Source of the DNA: Phaeosaccion multiseriatum
Taxonomy: Eukaryota > Protista > Ochrophyta, other classes
NCBI GenBank assembly: GCA_965112735.1
Contig: OZ218950.1
Span: 2,852,001-2,916,000, forward strand
DNA: 64,000 nt
Direction of reading: 5' to 3'
Position 1 is the stretch's first letter. Each line of letters opens with the position of its first letter. The notes under the pieces are model-generated. The model searched no databases, was not told the origin of the DNA, and saw only the letters and a list, made by a program, of their open reading frames with translations. Of the stretch, positions 25,384 through 37,739 are shown one piece after another. The translations under genes were made by a program, and so were the position numbers.

Positions 25384-25416
<33 letters not shown>

Positions 25417-25824
25417 ACACACACAGAGAGAGAGAGGGAGAGAGAGAATATATGTGTGTGGGCTATCCTCGTCTGCCTCCCTCCTCCGCCGCCTTGGTTG
25501 GGTTTTTGCACGCCGCCCAGCCTTCCCCCCCACCCCAACCCCGGGCCTTATGTACGGTTACGTGTGTCCTTAGGTGGCGAGGGCCATTGCGTACTGCAGC
25601 TTTGAGGAGACAGACGCGGACAGCGACGAGGTGGTGCTGATGAAGGTATGCAGCGAAACAGAATCAGTTGGCCATACAGCTGCAACAAAGGGGTTGCTTC
25701 GGGAGGAAGGAGAATAGGCAGGGGAGGAGCGGAGAGGAGGCGAGGCTACGGACACGGGTACTCATGGACTCGAGGTCGCTTCTTCGAGGCGTATGGCCCT
25801 TTCGTTTTATGATCTTGGTGGTGG

Positions 25825-25864
<40 letters not shown>

Positions 25865-26813
25865 CTTATTACTGATGTTGTGTTCCTCTCTACTCAAACC
25901 ACCCAACCATTCGGTCTGTCTCCCTTATCTCATGCTACGCACGAACACACACACACACACAAATCATACGCGCCCCCCTCAGCTCCTGGAGCTGTCTGCG
26001 CTGTGTCTGCGTGTGGAGGCCGGCACTTGGCTCAAAGACAGGAGCTGCCTGGACATCTTCCAAGCGTGCTATCGCATCAGCGCACAGGGCGCAGTGAGCA
26101 GCCTTCTCGCCAACACCGCAGGCAACACCCTCGCGCACATTGTGCTCATGCTCTTCAGCAGAGCGGGCACCTTCTATAAGCCAACAAAGGAGGCGAGGAA
26201 GGAGGCGACAGGAGGTGACGGAGGGGTGGCCCGGCAGAAGAGCGTGGGAGGGGCGTCTTCTGTTGCCTCCTTAGGAGGTGCAGAGGAGGAGCTTGAGAAG
26301 AGCGACGCGCTTGGTATTCAGATCATCACCCCACCACCACCACCACCACCACCACCACGCCCGCCATTTTCATCATCAACATCAGCAGGGGTGGTGACAG
26401 GGGGAGGGACCGGGGGAATACAGCATGCAGCTGCTACTGCTGGAATAAGGGTGGCCCGGAGCAAGAGCATGGGCGAGGGAAACGAGGAGGAGGATGACGA
26501 AGAAGATGTCGATGCAGAGGACTGGCTCTCCTCCTCCGATGATGATGATGATGATGATGATGGCTATGGCGATGGTGATGAAGGTGGCGAGGGGGAGGAG
26601 GGCGAGAAGGGCGGGGGTGGGGGTGGGGATAGACGGTCTGCCGGTGCTGCTGTATCACCAACTGGTGGTGGTGGTAGTAGTGGGCGAATAGGGGCACATG
26701 GAGTAAGGAGATCGGGGAGAAAGAGAGAGAGGAGACGAGGAGGAGGAGGAGGCGGAACGGGCGGAGCAGCGGGGAGAGCGGTGGGTCCTGCCAACCTTAA
26801 TAAGCGAGAAGGA

Positions 26814-26847
<34 letters not shown>

Positions 26848-27501
26848 GAAAGTGCTGCAACGTACTTGTAGATATCATGCACTTTCTCTCGCTGCTGAGC
26901 AACCTCCGGGACCAAACGGAGGAGGACTGTGTGCTGGCCCTGAGCCTCATCAACATTGCGCTGGAGGCAGGGGGGGGTAGCCTGGGTAAGAATAAGGAGC
27001 TCGTGCTGGTGATGCAGGGTGATCTTTGCAAGTATCTGCTGCAGAACAGCGCTACGGACGACCTGACCATCCTCAGCCTCACGCTCAGGGTCGTGTTTAA
27101 CCTCTTCAACTCCATCAAGGTAAGGTGTTAAGGTGTCTCATTACGTAAGACCTTTGCTTCGGTTACGCTACGCGCAGCCATATTTTGTGTGACCGCCACC
27201 GACGACCAACCGACCGCACACCACACCCATCTCCTTCCCTCCCTCCCTCCCTCCCTCCCTCCTTCCTTCCTTCCTTCCTTCCTTCCTTCCTTCCTTCCTT
27301 CCTTCCTTCCCTCATACTCTTGCTGTCGTTCTTTCGCCTTCTCCCCTCCCCTCCCCTCCCCCGCCCTTGCTCCTCTCTGCACAGGACCACCTCAAGATCC
27401 AGCTCGAAGTGTTCCTCACGAGCGTGCACCTCCGTATCATCGACCCTGCGCACCGCCCCGAGCAAAGAGAGCTCGCCCTCGAGTCTCTGCTCGAGTTCTG
27501 C

Positions 27502-27565
<64 letters not shown>

Positions 27566-30500
27566 ACGCGCGCGCGTGTGTGTGTGTGTTTGGGTGTTCA
27601 TATGTGTGCACGTGTGTGTTTGTGTGTGTGTGTGGTGTGTGTATGCGTGTCTTTGTGTGCGTGTGTGCGTGTGTGCGTGTCTTTGTGTGTGTGTGTGGAT
27701 CTTGTGTGCGCTGGCCTCTCCTCTCATTTGCATATTTGTTGAACCCCCCCCCCTCCCTCCTCCCGCCCCCTGCTTGACATCCGCTTGACATGTGCAGAGA
27801 ACCGTCCCTCATGCTCGACCTGTACATCAACTACGACTGCGACGTGCAGTGCTCGAACCTCTTTGAGACCATCTGCAACTCGCTGAGCAGGCAGGCTCTT
27901 CCCCAGCAGCAGCAGCAATTGGTCATACAGCAGTTGGTGGTCAGTACTGCCACCACCACCAGCCCGCGTGCTAGCAGCAGCAGCATTGGCACTCTGCCCA
28001 GCAGCAACAATAGTAACAGCAACACCAACAGTAATAGTATTGGTGTCAACGGAATCCCGGCCTTGCGACTAGATGGGGATGGAGACGAAGACGAGCAGGA
28101 ACAGCTATGCACCTTGAACTCCCTCGCTGTTGAGGGGGTGCTTGCGGTGATTGAGTCCATCGCCAGGCGGTGTCGTGCCCCTCCGCTTCGCTGCGACTCA
28201 TCTCACTTGATGGGGGGTCGCGGAGACCCCTCTGCTTGGGCCGGGGTTGGGGGTGATTCAGTTGGCAGCAGCGAAGGGGGCAGTTTCAACGGCAATGGCT
28301 TTAGTGACGATAGCAGCAACGGCAGTGGCCTTGCCCTCACCCACCCCCATTCCTCTCGGGGGGGCTGGGGTGGGGGCGCCGGTGGGGCGGGGGGGCGAGA
28401 GCAGCGGGGGTTTCTGGGTCGGGACGGGACCGGAGTCGCAGCCGATGCGGCGTACTCGTCGGAGGTAAGTACGCACGTAGAAAGCGTGAGTGTGCGTGTG
28501 CGTGTGCGTGTGCGTGAGTGAGGACCCCGTGATTTGACGTGACATTATGCCGCCTTTTAGTTTGGCAGGGGCAGGGACAGGGGAGGGAATGTGCATGTTT
28601 ATTCGCTCGTTGCACGAGGGACGTGTGTGTGTATGTGTGCTGTTAGCACTGTTAGCAGAGGTGTTATGAGTTGATCAACCTCGTCAGGGCCTCTGCGGGC
28701 ATGCTCACTCGGGGTGGATGGCAGTGGATGGAGCCGATGGACCGGTTGGGGCGCCCTCCACCCACCCCAGCACCCACTCTTTCCCTCTTGACGATACCGC
28801 CTCGGAACCTCCTTTAAACCCTCCCCCCCCCTCTGTGTCTCGTCTCTTCCTCCGTTCGCTCCTTCCTTCCCCTCCTCCCCTTTTCCCTCCACAGAGCGAC
28901 AGCGAGGGAGAGGGGGGTAGAGTCGGTACGGGTGGTGGAGGGCCGGAGGACCAACTTGCATGGTTGGCAGAGGCCCGCAACAGAACAGCGGAGGTGCTCC
29001 AGCAGCGCAAGAGGATGAAGCGAAGGCTCTCTCTGGCCTGCAGCCGCTTCAATGCAGACCCCAAGGGTTGGGTCAAGTACGCCCAGGAGTTGGAGCTGTT
29101 GCCCACCCCAGCCACGCCCGCGGCTGTCGCGAGATTTCTTAAGACGACGCTCGGGTTGGACAGGGTGGTGCTAGGTGAGTCGAGTGGTGTGAAGTGGAGT
29201 AGAGTGGATGAAGGAGAGAGGGCGAAGGAGGGAGGGAGGGAGGGAGGGAGGGAGGGAGGGAGGGAGCAAGGGAGCACAAAACGCACACATAACACACTCA
29301 CTCGCAAACACACACCGCACACGGACACGCACACACACGCACGCTAACGCTCAAACGCACGCACCCACCCACCTACATGCTTACGCTGCCCCCCACCCTC
29401 CCTGCCCCCTGTGAACTGTGCAGGAGAGTACCTGAGCAAGGGCCCCAAAGACAAGTATCCCTTCCACGCGGAGGTGCTGAGTCAGTACTGTCAGGTGGGT
29501 GTAGTATATCAGTACTGTCAGGCGGGTGTAGTATATCAAGATGGGTGTGTGTGGGTGGATGCGGGTGTGTGTGTGTGTGGTGGTTTCATTTGGTTGGGTT
29601 TTTGTGCTCTCCGTTCTGAACCACCCTGCCCTGATTCACTCGTTTCGTTTCAACTTCCTTCTCTGATCCCTTCTAAGCCCCACGTTCCTCGTACCCCCCG
29701 TGCTTCCCCCCCCCCGTGCCCCCCCATCCACTGCCATCCCCTGCATCCACTTACACCCGCTGCCACAGCTCTTCGACTTCACAGGCATGACGCTTGTCGC
29801 GGCCCTACGTGCTTTCCTCAAGGAATTCAGACTACCGGGAGAGGCCCAGTGTATCGATAGACTCATGGAGGTAGGAGGAGGGACGGGGGGGGGGGGAAGT
29901 GGATGGCAGTGGATGGCAGCGGATGGCAGCGGATGAGGGGGAGGCCCTGTGCATCGATAGACTCATGGAGGTATAGTAGTTGGAAGGGGCGTGTGATACT
30001 ATCCATAGCTTGGGGGCCAATCATATCTCGAAGCTCGAATTGGCCACTGACGCGCATGGTGCCCCCTCTCTCCCTCTCTCCCTCCCTCCCCTTCCCACCC
30101 CCTCTCATCCAAGGCCTTTGCCGGCCAGCTGTATCGCTGCAGCAGCAATAGTGGGGGCAAGGAAGGCGGGCTGTTCAAGAGCGCAGACTCTGCCTATGTA
30201 CTTGCCTTTAGCGTCATCATGCTCAACACAGACCTGCACAACCCGCAGATTGCCGAGGTTAAGAGGATGAAGGTGAGGGGACGGAGGGACGAAAGAAGGA
30301 AGAAAGAAGGCATACGCACGCGTACACACACACACACGCACGACTGATCTCGGCTTGTCTAAGTCCCCCCACCCGCACGATTGCTTTTGGTCTCTCTTGC
30401 CCCCACCCACACCCCCCCACAGCTGGAGGAGTTCATTCGGAATAATCGCGGCATTAACGACGGAAGCGACCTGCCAAAAGACTACCTGACGCGCCTCTAC

Positions 30501-33500
30501 ATGTGAGTTTTACGCCACCTCCTTCCATCTGGGGCACCTACCTCTCTTCCTCGCTCACTCACTCACTCACTCACTCACTCACTCACTCCACTCACTTCAC
30601 CACTCACAATCACCCAACAGGTCGATCGAAGAAACTGAGATTGCCGTACAGCGTGACCACATGAGCGCTGCTGCAGACGGGCTCGGCATTGACTACCTCC
30701 TGCACTGGGACGGCATCATCAACCGCAGCCAGTCAGTGGCCAGCGCCAGCTTCACGCCCTCCGGCACAGCGGCGAGGAAACATCTCTTTAGAGCGGGAGT
30801 GCACGAGAGAGACATGTTTTGCAGCATCGCAGACGCGGCCTTTCAGGTGTGTCTTCTCCATTTTCATGCCGTCTTGTCTCTCCAAATCTCGCCCTATCTC
30901 TCTCGTTCTCTCTCTTTCTCCTCTCTTTCATCTCTTTCCCCCCCCCCCCCTTTCCTCTTTGTCCCTCTCCCTCTCTCTTCCCCTCTCAGGCCATCAGCAC
31001 AGTGTTCGCTTACACACGGGACGACATTTTCGTCCTCAAGGTGAGTTCAATCGACTCCGGTCCAACATCCCCACATGTCATTCCCTCTCTTATCCTTCTC
31101 CTCGACACGTAGCGTGCATGACGCACGGGCGCAATGGACGCACGCGCACCAACACGACCACACCACACCTCGCCCGATGCCACACCACACCACACCACAC
31201 CATACCCCACCACTCTACAACACTCTACAACACAACACAACACAGGCCCTGCACGGCTTCCGTAGCTTCGCTCAGATCTGCTCGTACTTCGAGCTGGAGC
31301 CGCACTTCAACGCGTGTGTGTCTGCACTACTGCTCTTCGCGAGGCAGCACTTGGGCAGAGTGCTACAGGGGAGAGGGGGGCCGCCCTTCCCGCAGGTATG
31401 TGTGCGTGAGTATACCCGTAAGATACATACGTAAGATACTGGGTAGTGCACCTGTGTGATGGTGGGCCATGTATTCTCGTTGGTACCTACCGTATGTACC
31501 TACCCTCCGTGCATATGTACCTCCCTCCCTCCCTCCCTCCCCCCCGTCTCCCTCCTTCCCCGGCTAACTGACTCAGACATCGTCCCTTCCCCCTTCTCCC
31601 TTGGTCGAATTACTTGGTGCCAGGTGGTGTTGCAGACCCCGGGGCTGCCGGACACGTCAGACATTTCGAGCTGCATCCCTGGGGCCGCGAGTTGCGCAGA
31701 GCACAGGGGGCTGCTCGCGCTCAAGACGGTGCGTGTGTGTGTGCGTACATTCGTTGCGTGTTTATGTGTAGAGTGCAGGCAGTAGAGCAAGCGACGGACC
31801 GCAGACCGACGCCTTTGCTGCCTGGCCCGCATTAAAAGGGTCCATGCATATGCTTCTTCCTTGCCTCCTTCTTTGGCTCCTTCCTGCCTCCCTCCTGGGG
31901 GGACATGAGCTGCACGCACGTTTCCAGTCTTTTCTTTCAAGACGCCCGCCTTGCCTTACGAAACGCACACACTCGCTGCTCTGCTCTGCTCCGCTCTCCT
32001 CTCATCGTATCTCCCTCTACTCTCCCTCTACTCTCCCTCTGATCTCCCTCTGTGTCACCAACTGCTCTGCCCTCGCGTGTCGCAGGGCCTGGAGATGGTC
32101 CGTTTCGGAAAGGGCATGAACTCAGCCTGGGCGCCTCTGATGGAGGTTCTGTGTGTGCTCTTCGACCTTCACGCGTTGCCCCAGTCACTCACAGATGTAG
32201 ACGACTTTAGCGACGCAAGGGGGGTCGCGCTGCCGCCCTCCGTCTTTGCGAAGCAGTGCAGAGCGAGGGCCAAGGCCAGACAAGCCGCACTCGCTCGCAG
32301 GTGGGTCAATGGGTCAGTAAGCCAATGGGTCACTGGGTCAGTAAGTCATTGGGTCAGTGAGTCGTTGGGTCAGTGGGTCAGTGGGTAAGTGAGTTGTTAT
32401 TGGTGGACGGGCTTTGGATAGGTATGATAGGTTGGGCTTCACTTTGAGCACGTGAGCATGTGTCGGTCGGTCTGTCCGTCGGCCACGAAGGTCTCTTCAC
32501 TCCCACGCCTAGGGCACCCACCGCCCCGCCCTTTGTGACCAATCTCCCCTCGTGCCCCACCCTTCCTTCCTTCCTTCCTTTCTTCCTTTCAACAGGGCTA
32601 ACCAAGCTGCGGGCAGCAGCGATGGCAGTCAGGGCGGCGGCGGCTCGAAGGGGCTGTTGACGGGCCTCACTTCCTTCCTGTGGAGTGGAGGGGGGGAGGG
32701 CGGCGGGGAAGGGGGCGGCTACGGCAACGGTCTTATGCTGGACGCAGTTGTCGAGCAGCTCACGCAGGTAAGAGGGAGGGTAGGCGGGCTATGTGGGCCA
32801 GGCTCTTTCGCGGCCACTCACTCACTCACTCACTCGCTCACTCTTCCTCGCGCACCCTTTCTCGCTCACTCATTCTCATCGCTCGTTCTTTCTCACTTAC
32901 TCACTCACTCACTGCACTTTCTCATTCACTCACTCACTCACTCACTCACTCACTCACACGCTCACTCTCTCACGCACTCACTCACTCACTCTCTCACGCA
33001 CTCACTCACTCACTCATCCATACCCTGTCCCAAACCCTCTTTCGCCTCCTCTCCTCTCCATGCTTCCCTTCCTTTAGGTGGTGAAGGTCTCTCACTTGGA
33101 GCAGCTCTTTCCTCTATCGAGAGACATGGCCTTAGAATCGGTCACCGCTCTTATGGAGGCCCTTCTGCGGTGTGGACATGTCTCCGGCAACAAGGGTGAC
33201 AGAAACGACAGCAACACAGGCACTGAAGAGGACTCCTCTGTTGATGAAGCACACGCAGTGCTGATGCTGGAGATGGCTGCGCGTGTAGCCTTGGCCAATC
33301 GGCACCGCCTGCCTCTGCTGTGGCCTCTGATGCACACCTACCTATCTCGGCTCTTCCACAACGCATCCGCCCTCGCCGAGGCACCCTTTTTGGTGGAGAG
33401 GGCAATGGTCACCATCCTCCGCAGCTGCATACACAGCTTGGACAAGGTGGATGCCGCCCCCCTCCTGCTGGACAGTCTCTCACTGCTGCTTCTCATCCCG

Positions 33501-34256
33501 CACTCTCACCCCTTGCTGCCGACGCTGGCCAGCCGCCTCGCCGCAGGGCTAGTGGGGCTCATTCAGGCCAACTCCTCCGGAGGCGGGCTGTCCGGCGGTG
33601 GGGGGGGGCTGCTGTCGGTGTCGGGGCGCAGAGAGTGGGGTATCATTCTGCAGCTACTCGGGCTTGCTGCCTCGGCATCATCGTCCGGCTCTGCTGCCGC
33701 TGCTGCTGCTACTACTGCTGCTGTTGCTGCTGCTACTGCTGGCACTGGCACAGAGACTTGTTCTCCGTCGGGGGGCGGGCGCGAGTTTGTGTGGGAGGCG
33801 CTGTGCTACATTACAGAGAAGGAGAGGGGCATGCTGCTTAACGTGCACAACTTTGTGAGTTGAAGGAGGAGAGAGAGTATGGGCGAGAGGGAGAGAGGGA
33901 GGGAGGGAGGAGAGAAGGGTGCGGGAGGGGGGGATGCCATTTGATTTGACAGCGAGAAGGAGGTCTGGTGAGGTCTGGTGGGGTTTGGTCTGGTATTTTT
34001 CGGTTGCGCTGCTGTGCTGTACCCCTCCTGCCGCCAACTCACCCTCCTTTCTCTGTCCTCAGGTGCCTGTGTACCGCCTCGTCGTTCACTTTGTGGAGGG
34101 AAACTTCTTGCCGGACGCTCCGTATTGCGATGAAGCTGCACCACCCAATGAGCTGCTGCTGCAGCAGCAGCAGCCTTCCAGAGATGTCTCGTGGACCCTC
34201 CCTGCTCTGGGGTTGATGGAGGAGTTGGTTGTCCAACTCATGGGCAGCGAAGAAGA

Positions 34257-34319
<63 letters not shown>

Positions 34320-36134
34320 ACAGCAACAACACGCTTCAGAGCAAGCCTCAACGGAGGAGGACGGGCCTTCTCCTGATTATGGCACTGCCGCTGCCACTCT
34401 CAATGGGCCGGGCCAGAGCCGAGAAGGAGGGAGAGAAGGAGGGGAGGCGGAGGCAGTGGACTCGCCGAGGGAGTGTGGCGGCAACGGAGGGGCTGCTGCT
34501 GTTGCTGCTTCTGGTGGAGGTGGTACTGCTGGTGGTACTTCTGCGGCGACCAAGTCGAGGCCGACGATGAGGGAGCAGCTGGGGGAGGAAGTGGTGCAGC
34601 AGCTGTGGTACGTGCGCACGGCGAGAGAGGAACCAATGACTGGAACATTCTGTGCTCTCCTTTCATGTCGGCTCTTCGCGCACTTCTCTCTCCTCTCTCT
34701 CTCTCTGTCCTCCTTCCTTCCCTGTTCTCTCTCCTCCCTCCCCACCTCACCGCTTCTCCAACTCAACCCTAACCTCACTCTCCCTGTGCTTGTTTGAAGG
34801 TACACTGCGATATGCACAGTGAAGCCGCTTGTGGACCATCCCGACCCTGCCCTTGGGAGGGCCGCCGGTGACTCGTTGCAGCGCCTCATGCTTCAGTGCC
34901 ACGGTGTCAATCAAGCCCACATACGGTGAGTGATTGAGGGAGGGAGGGAGGGAGGTAGAGAGATGAAGGGAGGGAGGTAGAAACGTAGGGAGGTACAGAG
35001 AGCTGGAGAGAGGTAGAGAGGTGGAGAGGTTTAGGGGTGGACTAGAGAGGGTCACTCACTCCCTCACGCACTCTCCCCGTTGGCTGGTGTGGGTTTCCAG
35101 GCTGGCGTTTTCGGAGGTCCTGCTGGAGCTGCCCGTCAGCAGTGAGCGGGCGGACCTGAGCCTCCGCTGCGTGACCATCCTCAATAGAGCCTACCTGCAT
35201 AACCTCGGAGCGCTTGGGGAGGGGGACTTTCCAGAGCTACAGAGCATCTGGCTCAAGGCGCTGAGCCTGCTATGTCACAACCTAGGGTAAGAGAGAGGGG
35301 GAGGGGAGGGAGAGGGGAGGGAGGTGGGCAAAGACAGAGGGGAATGTAGTCACATACCCTCTGTCCAAATGCTTCACTCAATCAAGCGCCTCTCACTCAC
35401 CCCCCCTACCTTGCTTGCCTCGTCTCTCTTGCTCCGTCCTCCAACAACCCAACTTCACCCCCCCCCCCCCTCCTCCCCCCGTACCCTCCCTCCGCCAGAC
35501 CCACCAACCCTCCAGCCGACAGCACGGTGTTCGAAAGCTCACAGCAGACCATCACCAACATGATCATGGTCATGGCCCACTCAGGGGTGAGTTTTATGAG
35601 TCTGATCCTACATACACGTACATTCTCCACCAAGTGCCATCTGGAGCTACCTGCCTGAGGGAGGGGACCTCACCTCACCTTACCTCCCCTCACGACCTTC
35701 CCTTCGTCAGTCTCAGCTCTCGTCCAAGTAACGGATTTGGATGTTTGGATAGTGTTGCGCCCAACGCCTCAATCCCCCCCCCCCCCCCTCTCTCTCTCTC
35801 TCTCCCTCTGTGCGTGCGCGCGCGCGCGGGTGCGTGTTCCTACCCCTCGCCTCAGATGTTCGCCCTGGATGACCCTGCGTGTGTGGCCCTGCTGACTGCT
35901 ACATTGGAGCGGGTGGACCCTGTGCTTCCCTTTGTGCGGCCGCTTTTGCAGAACATGCTGGAGTCGCCACAGCCCCTACCACAGCAGGAGCAGCAGCAGG
36001 GGCAGCAGCAGCAACAACAGGCGGAGCAGCAGCAGGAGCAGAATCAGCAGCACCCGCACCAACAGGACCAGCAGGGGGAGGAGCAGCAGAGTCAGGCGGC
36101 AGATGGCCAGCAACCCCAGGTGCAAGAGCAGTGA
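24426..36134 (+). CDS. GBF1: GBF1/GNOM-type large ARF guanine-nucleotide exchange factor (DCB-HUS-Sec7-HDS)
   Basis: [44 protein letters not shown] box LYINYDCD, Sec7 motifs [22 protein letters not shown] and [49 protein letters not shown]. Confidence 0.93.
34258..34329 (+). repeat. Coding CAG/CAA poly-glutamine tract in GBF1
   Basis: About 24 consecutive Gln codons. Confidence 0.9.
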
Positions 36135-36620
36135 CGGATGAGGGATGGGACGTTATACATCGTACCGTAATCCCGTAATGACGTGACAATACAGTGCTCC
36201 TCCCTTTCGTAATGCTGATTTCGCGCCATTCCCGTTTTGCCCCTACAAGGTGTACGTTAGAGTACGTACCCCTTGGAGGAAAGGCCCAGCTTCCTTACCA
36301 TTGTCCACCAGCCATTCTGACCCTCTACCAGCAGCAAGTAATTCTTCTTTTTCTTTCTTTCTATTTGGGTGACTGCTGTTGAGATGGTGTTGAAAAATAA
36401 CCCTACTGGACAGACGGATCGAGCAGGCGGAGATCAGGCGGAGCAGAGAGACGTACTCATTACGTAAGGTATCTTTTTCATTTTTATTTTTTTTTCCTGG
36501 AATGGTCGGCCTCTGCTGCCGCTGCTGTTGCCGCTACAGCGTCACCCCCGTTCAATGGCCGGAGAAGATGATGGCGGAGGGAATGGTTCCCTTCTTAGAG
36601 AATGAGCGAGCGAGCGATGT

Positions 36621-36918
36621 CCAGCAAGGTACGCAAAGCGCAAAGCTCAAAACTTCTCCTCCCCTCCCTAGGAGCAGCGCCACTAGTAACCAATTTGAGT
36701 CGTAGAGTTACAGCCTGAGAGTGGCTTTATGACGTAGCCTTACTACAGTGTGAGCTGTTCGCAGCAGCGATTTTCTCTTGCTTGTCTTTCCCGCCCCTTG
36801 GCTTCTTCGGCCTTCGGCCTGCTCCCACCATTCTTCTCCCCCCCTTCTTGTGCACTGGGATGCAGCAAAATGAGTTGCACAAGACCAGAACAGGCAGAGA
36901 CATGAAGAGTAGTGTGAG
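36621..36918 (+). repeat. Duplicated copy of GBF1 exon1/intron1 junction and intron-1 5' part (24529-24796)
   Basis: Shared blocks CCAGCAAGGTACGCAAAG, TAGGAGCAGCGCCACTAG, CAATTTGAGTCGTAGAGTTACAGCCTGAGAGTGGCTTTATGACGTAG.., TGTGCACTGGGATGCAGCAA.., GAGACATGAAGAGTAGTGTGAG. Confidence 0.93.
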
Positions 36919-37273
36919 AAGTTCTTCAGGGGCGTGAGTGGCACAGCTGGTACCAGCAAGGAAGGAGCGACTGAAAGCCTTCTTGGCCGAGAGCAAAGCA
37001 GGGTGGGGAGAGACACCAAGCAACAAGGGAGAAGACTCTCCAAATCTCATTGTCTCAACCTTGCTTGCTTGTTCTTCGTCTTATCATGCAGGAGTGAGAT
37101 TGTCCTTGAGGGCATTGGGAAGGGCTTAGTAGCTACATTACAACCATCGATGACATGGAATGACTTCCAGCGGCGCCGGCCGGCCGGGCGACGAATGGCG
37201 ACCACCACAAGACAGTCAGGAGACTAAAGGAAAGGGAGACTGAGATGCAGATGTCTGCTGATGAGTCTGATGG

Positions 37274-37379
37274 TCGGCCCCTCCTGACAAGGTTGCTCTG
37301 AGGGCCCACCAGGCAGGTTCCAGGTTCTGGCCTGGCTGGGTCGCCTCAGCCAGAACCTTGCTTGTCAGGCAGGGGCCGA
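37274..37379. mobile_element. Internally deleted, inverted copy of the 23878 MITE, flanked by direct repeat TGATGG
   Basis: Ends TCGGCCCC...GGGGCCGA. The internal CCAGGCAGGTTCCAGGTTCTGG is the reverse complement of 23997-24018. TGATGG lies at 37268-37273 and 37380-37385. Confidence 0.8.
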
Positions 37380-37739
37380 TGATGGGACCTCTGACATCGA
37401 GCCTGGTGGTAGCTAGTGGCTGGAGATGACGGCAACCAACACTGAGAAGGGGGGTAGAGCAGCGACATTTGATGGAGAGCAGCAGAAGGGACCACTCTCA
37501 CGTGTAACACCGTGAGGCGTCGAGGCAGGAGCGAGAGCCACCACCATCACCACGAGCAGCAGCAGCATCAGCTGCATTTGCAGCAGAAGCGGCAGCAGCA
37601 GCGACGAGCGGGGGCGAGGATGAGGAGTATGCTGCTGCGAAGGCACGAAGAGCAGCAGACAGCATGGAGGAATCTCCTGATGGGTGGCACCAAAACCCCG
37701 AAAGGTAAAACTCTTCGACACTTATGCCACAGCAGTCTG

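Noticed and set aside
27137-36468. Shared 13-mer CTCATTACGTAAG at 27137 and 36456
   Set aside because: Only two copies; a chance 13-mer match is plausible at this window size
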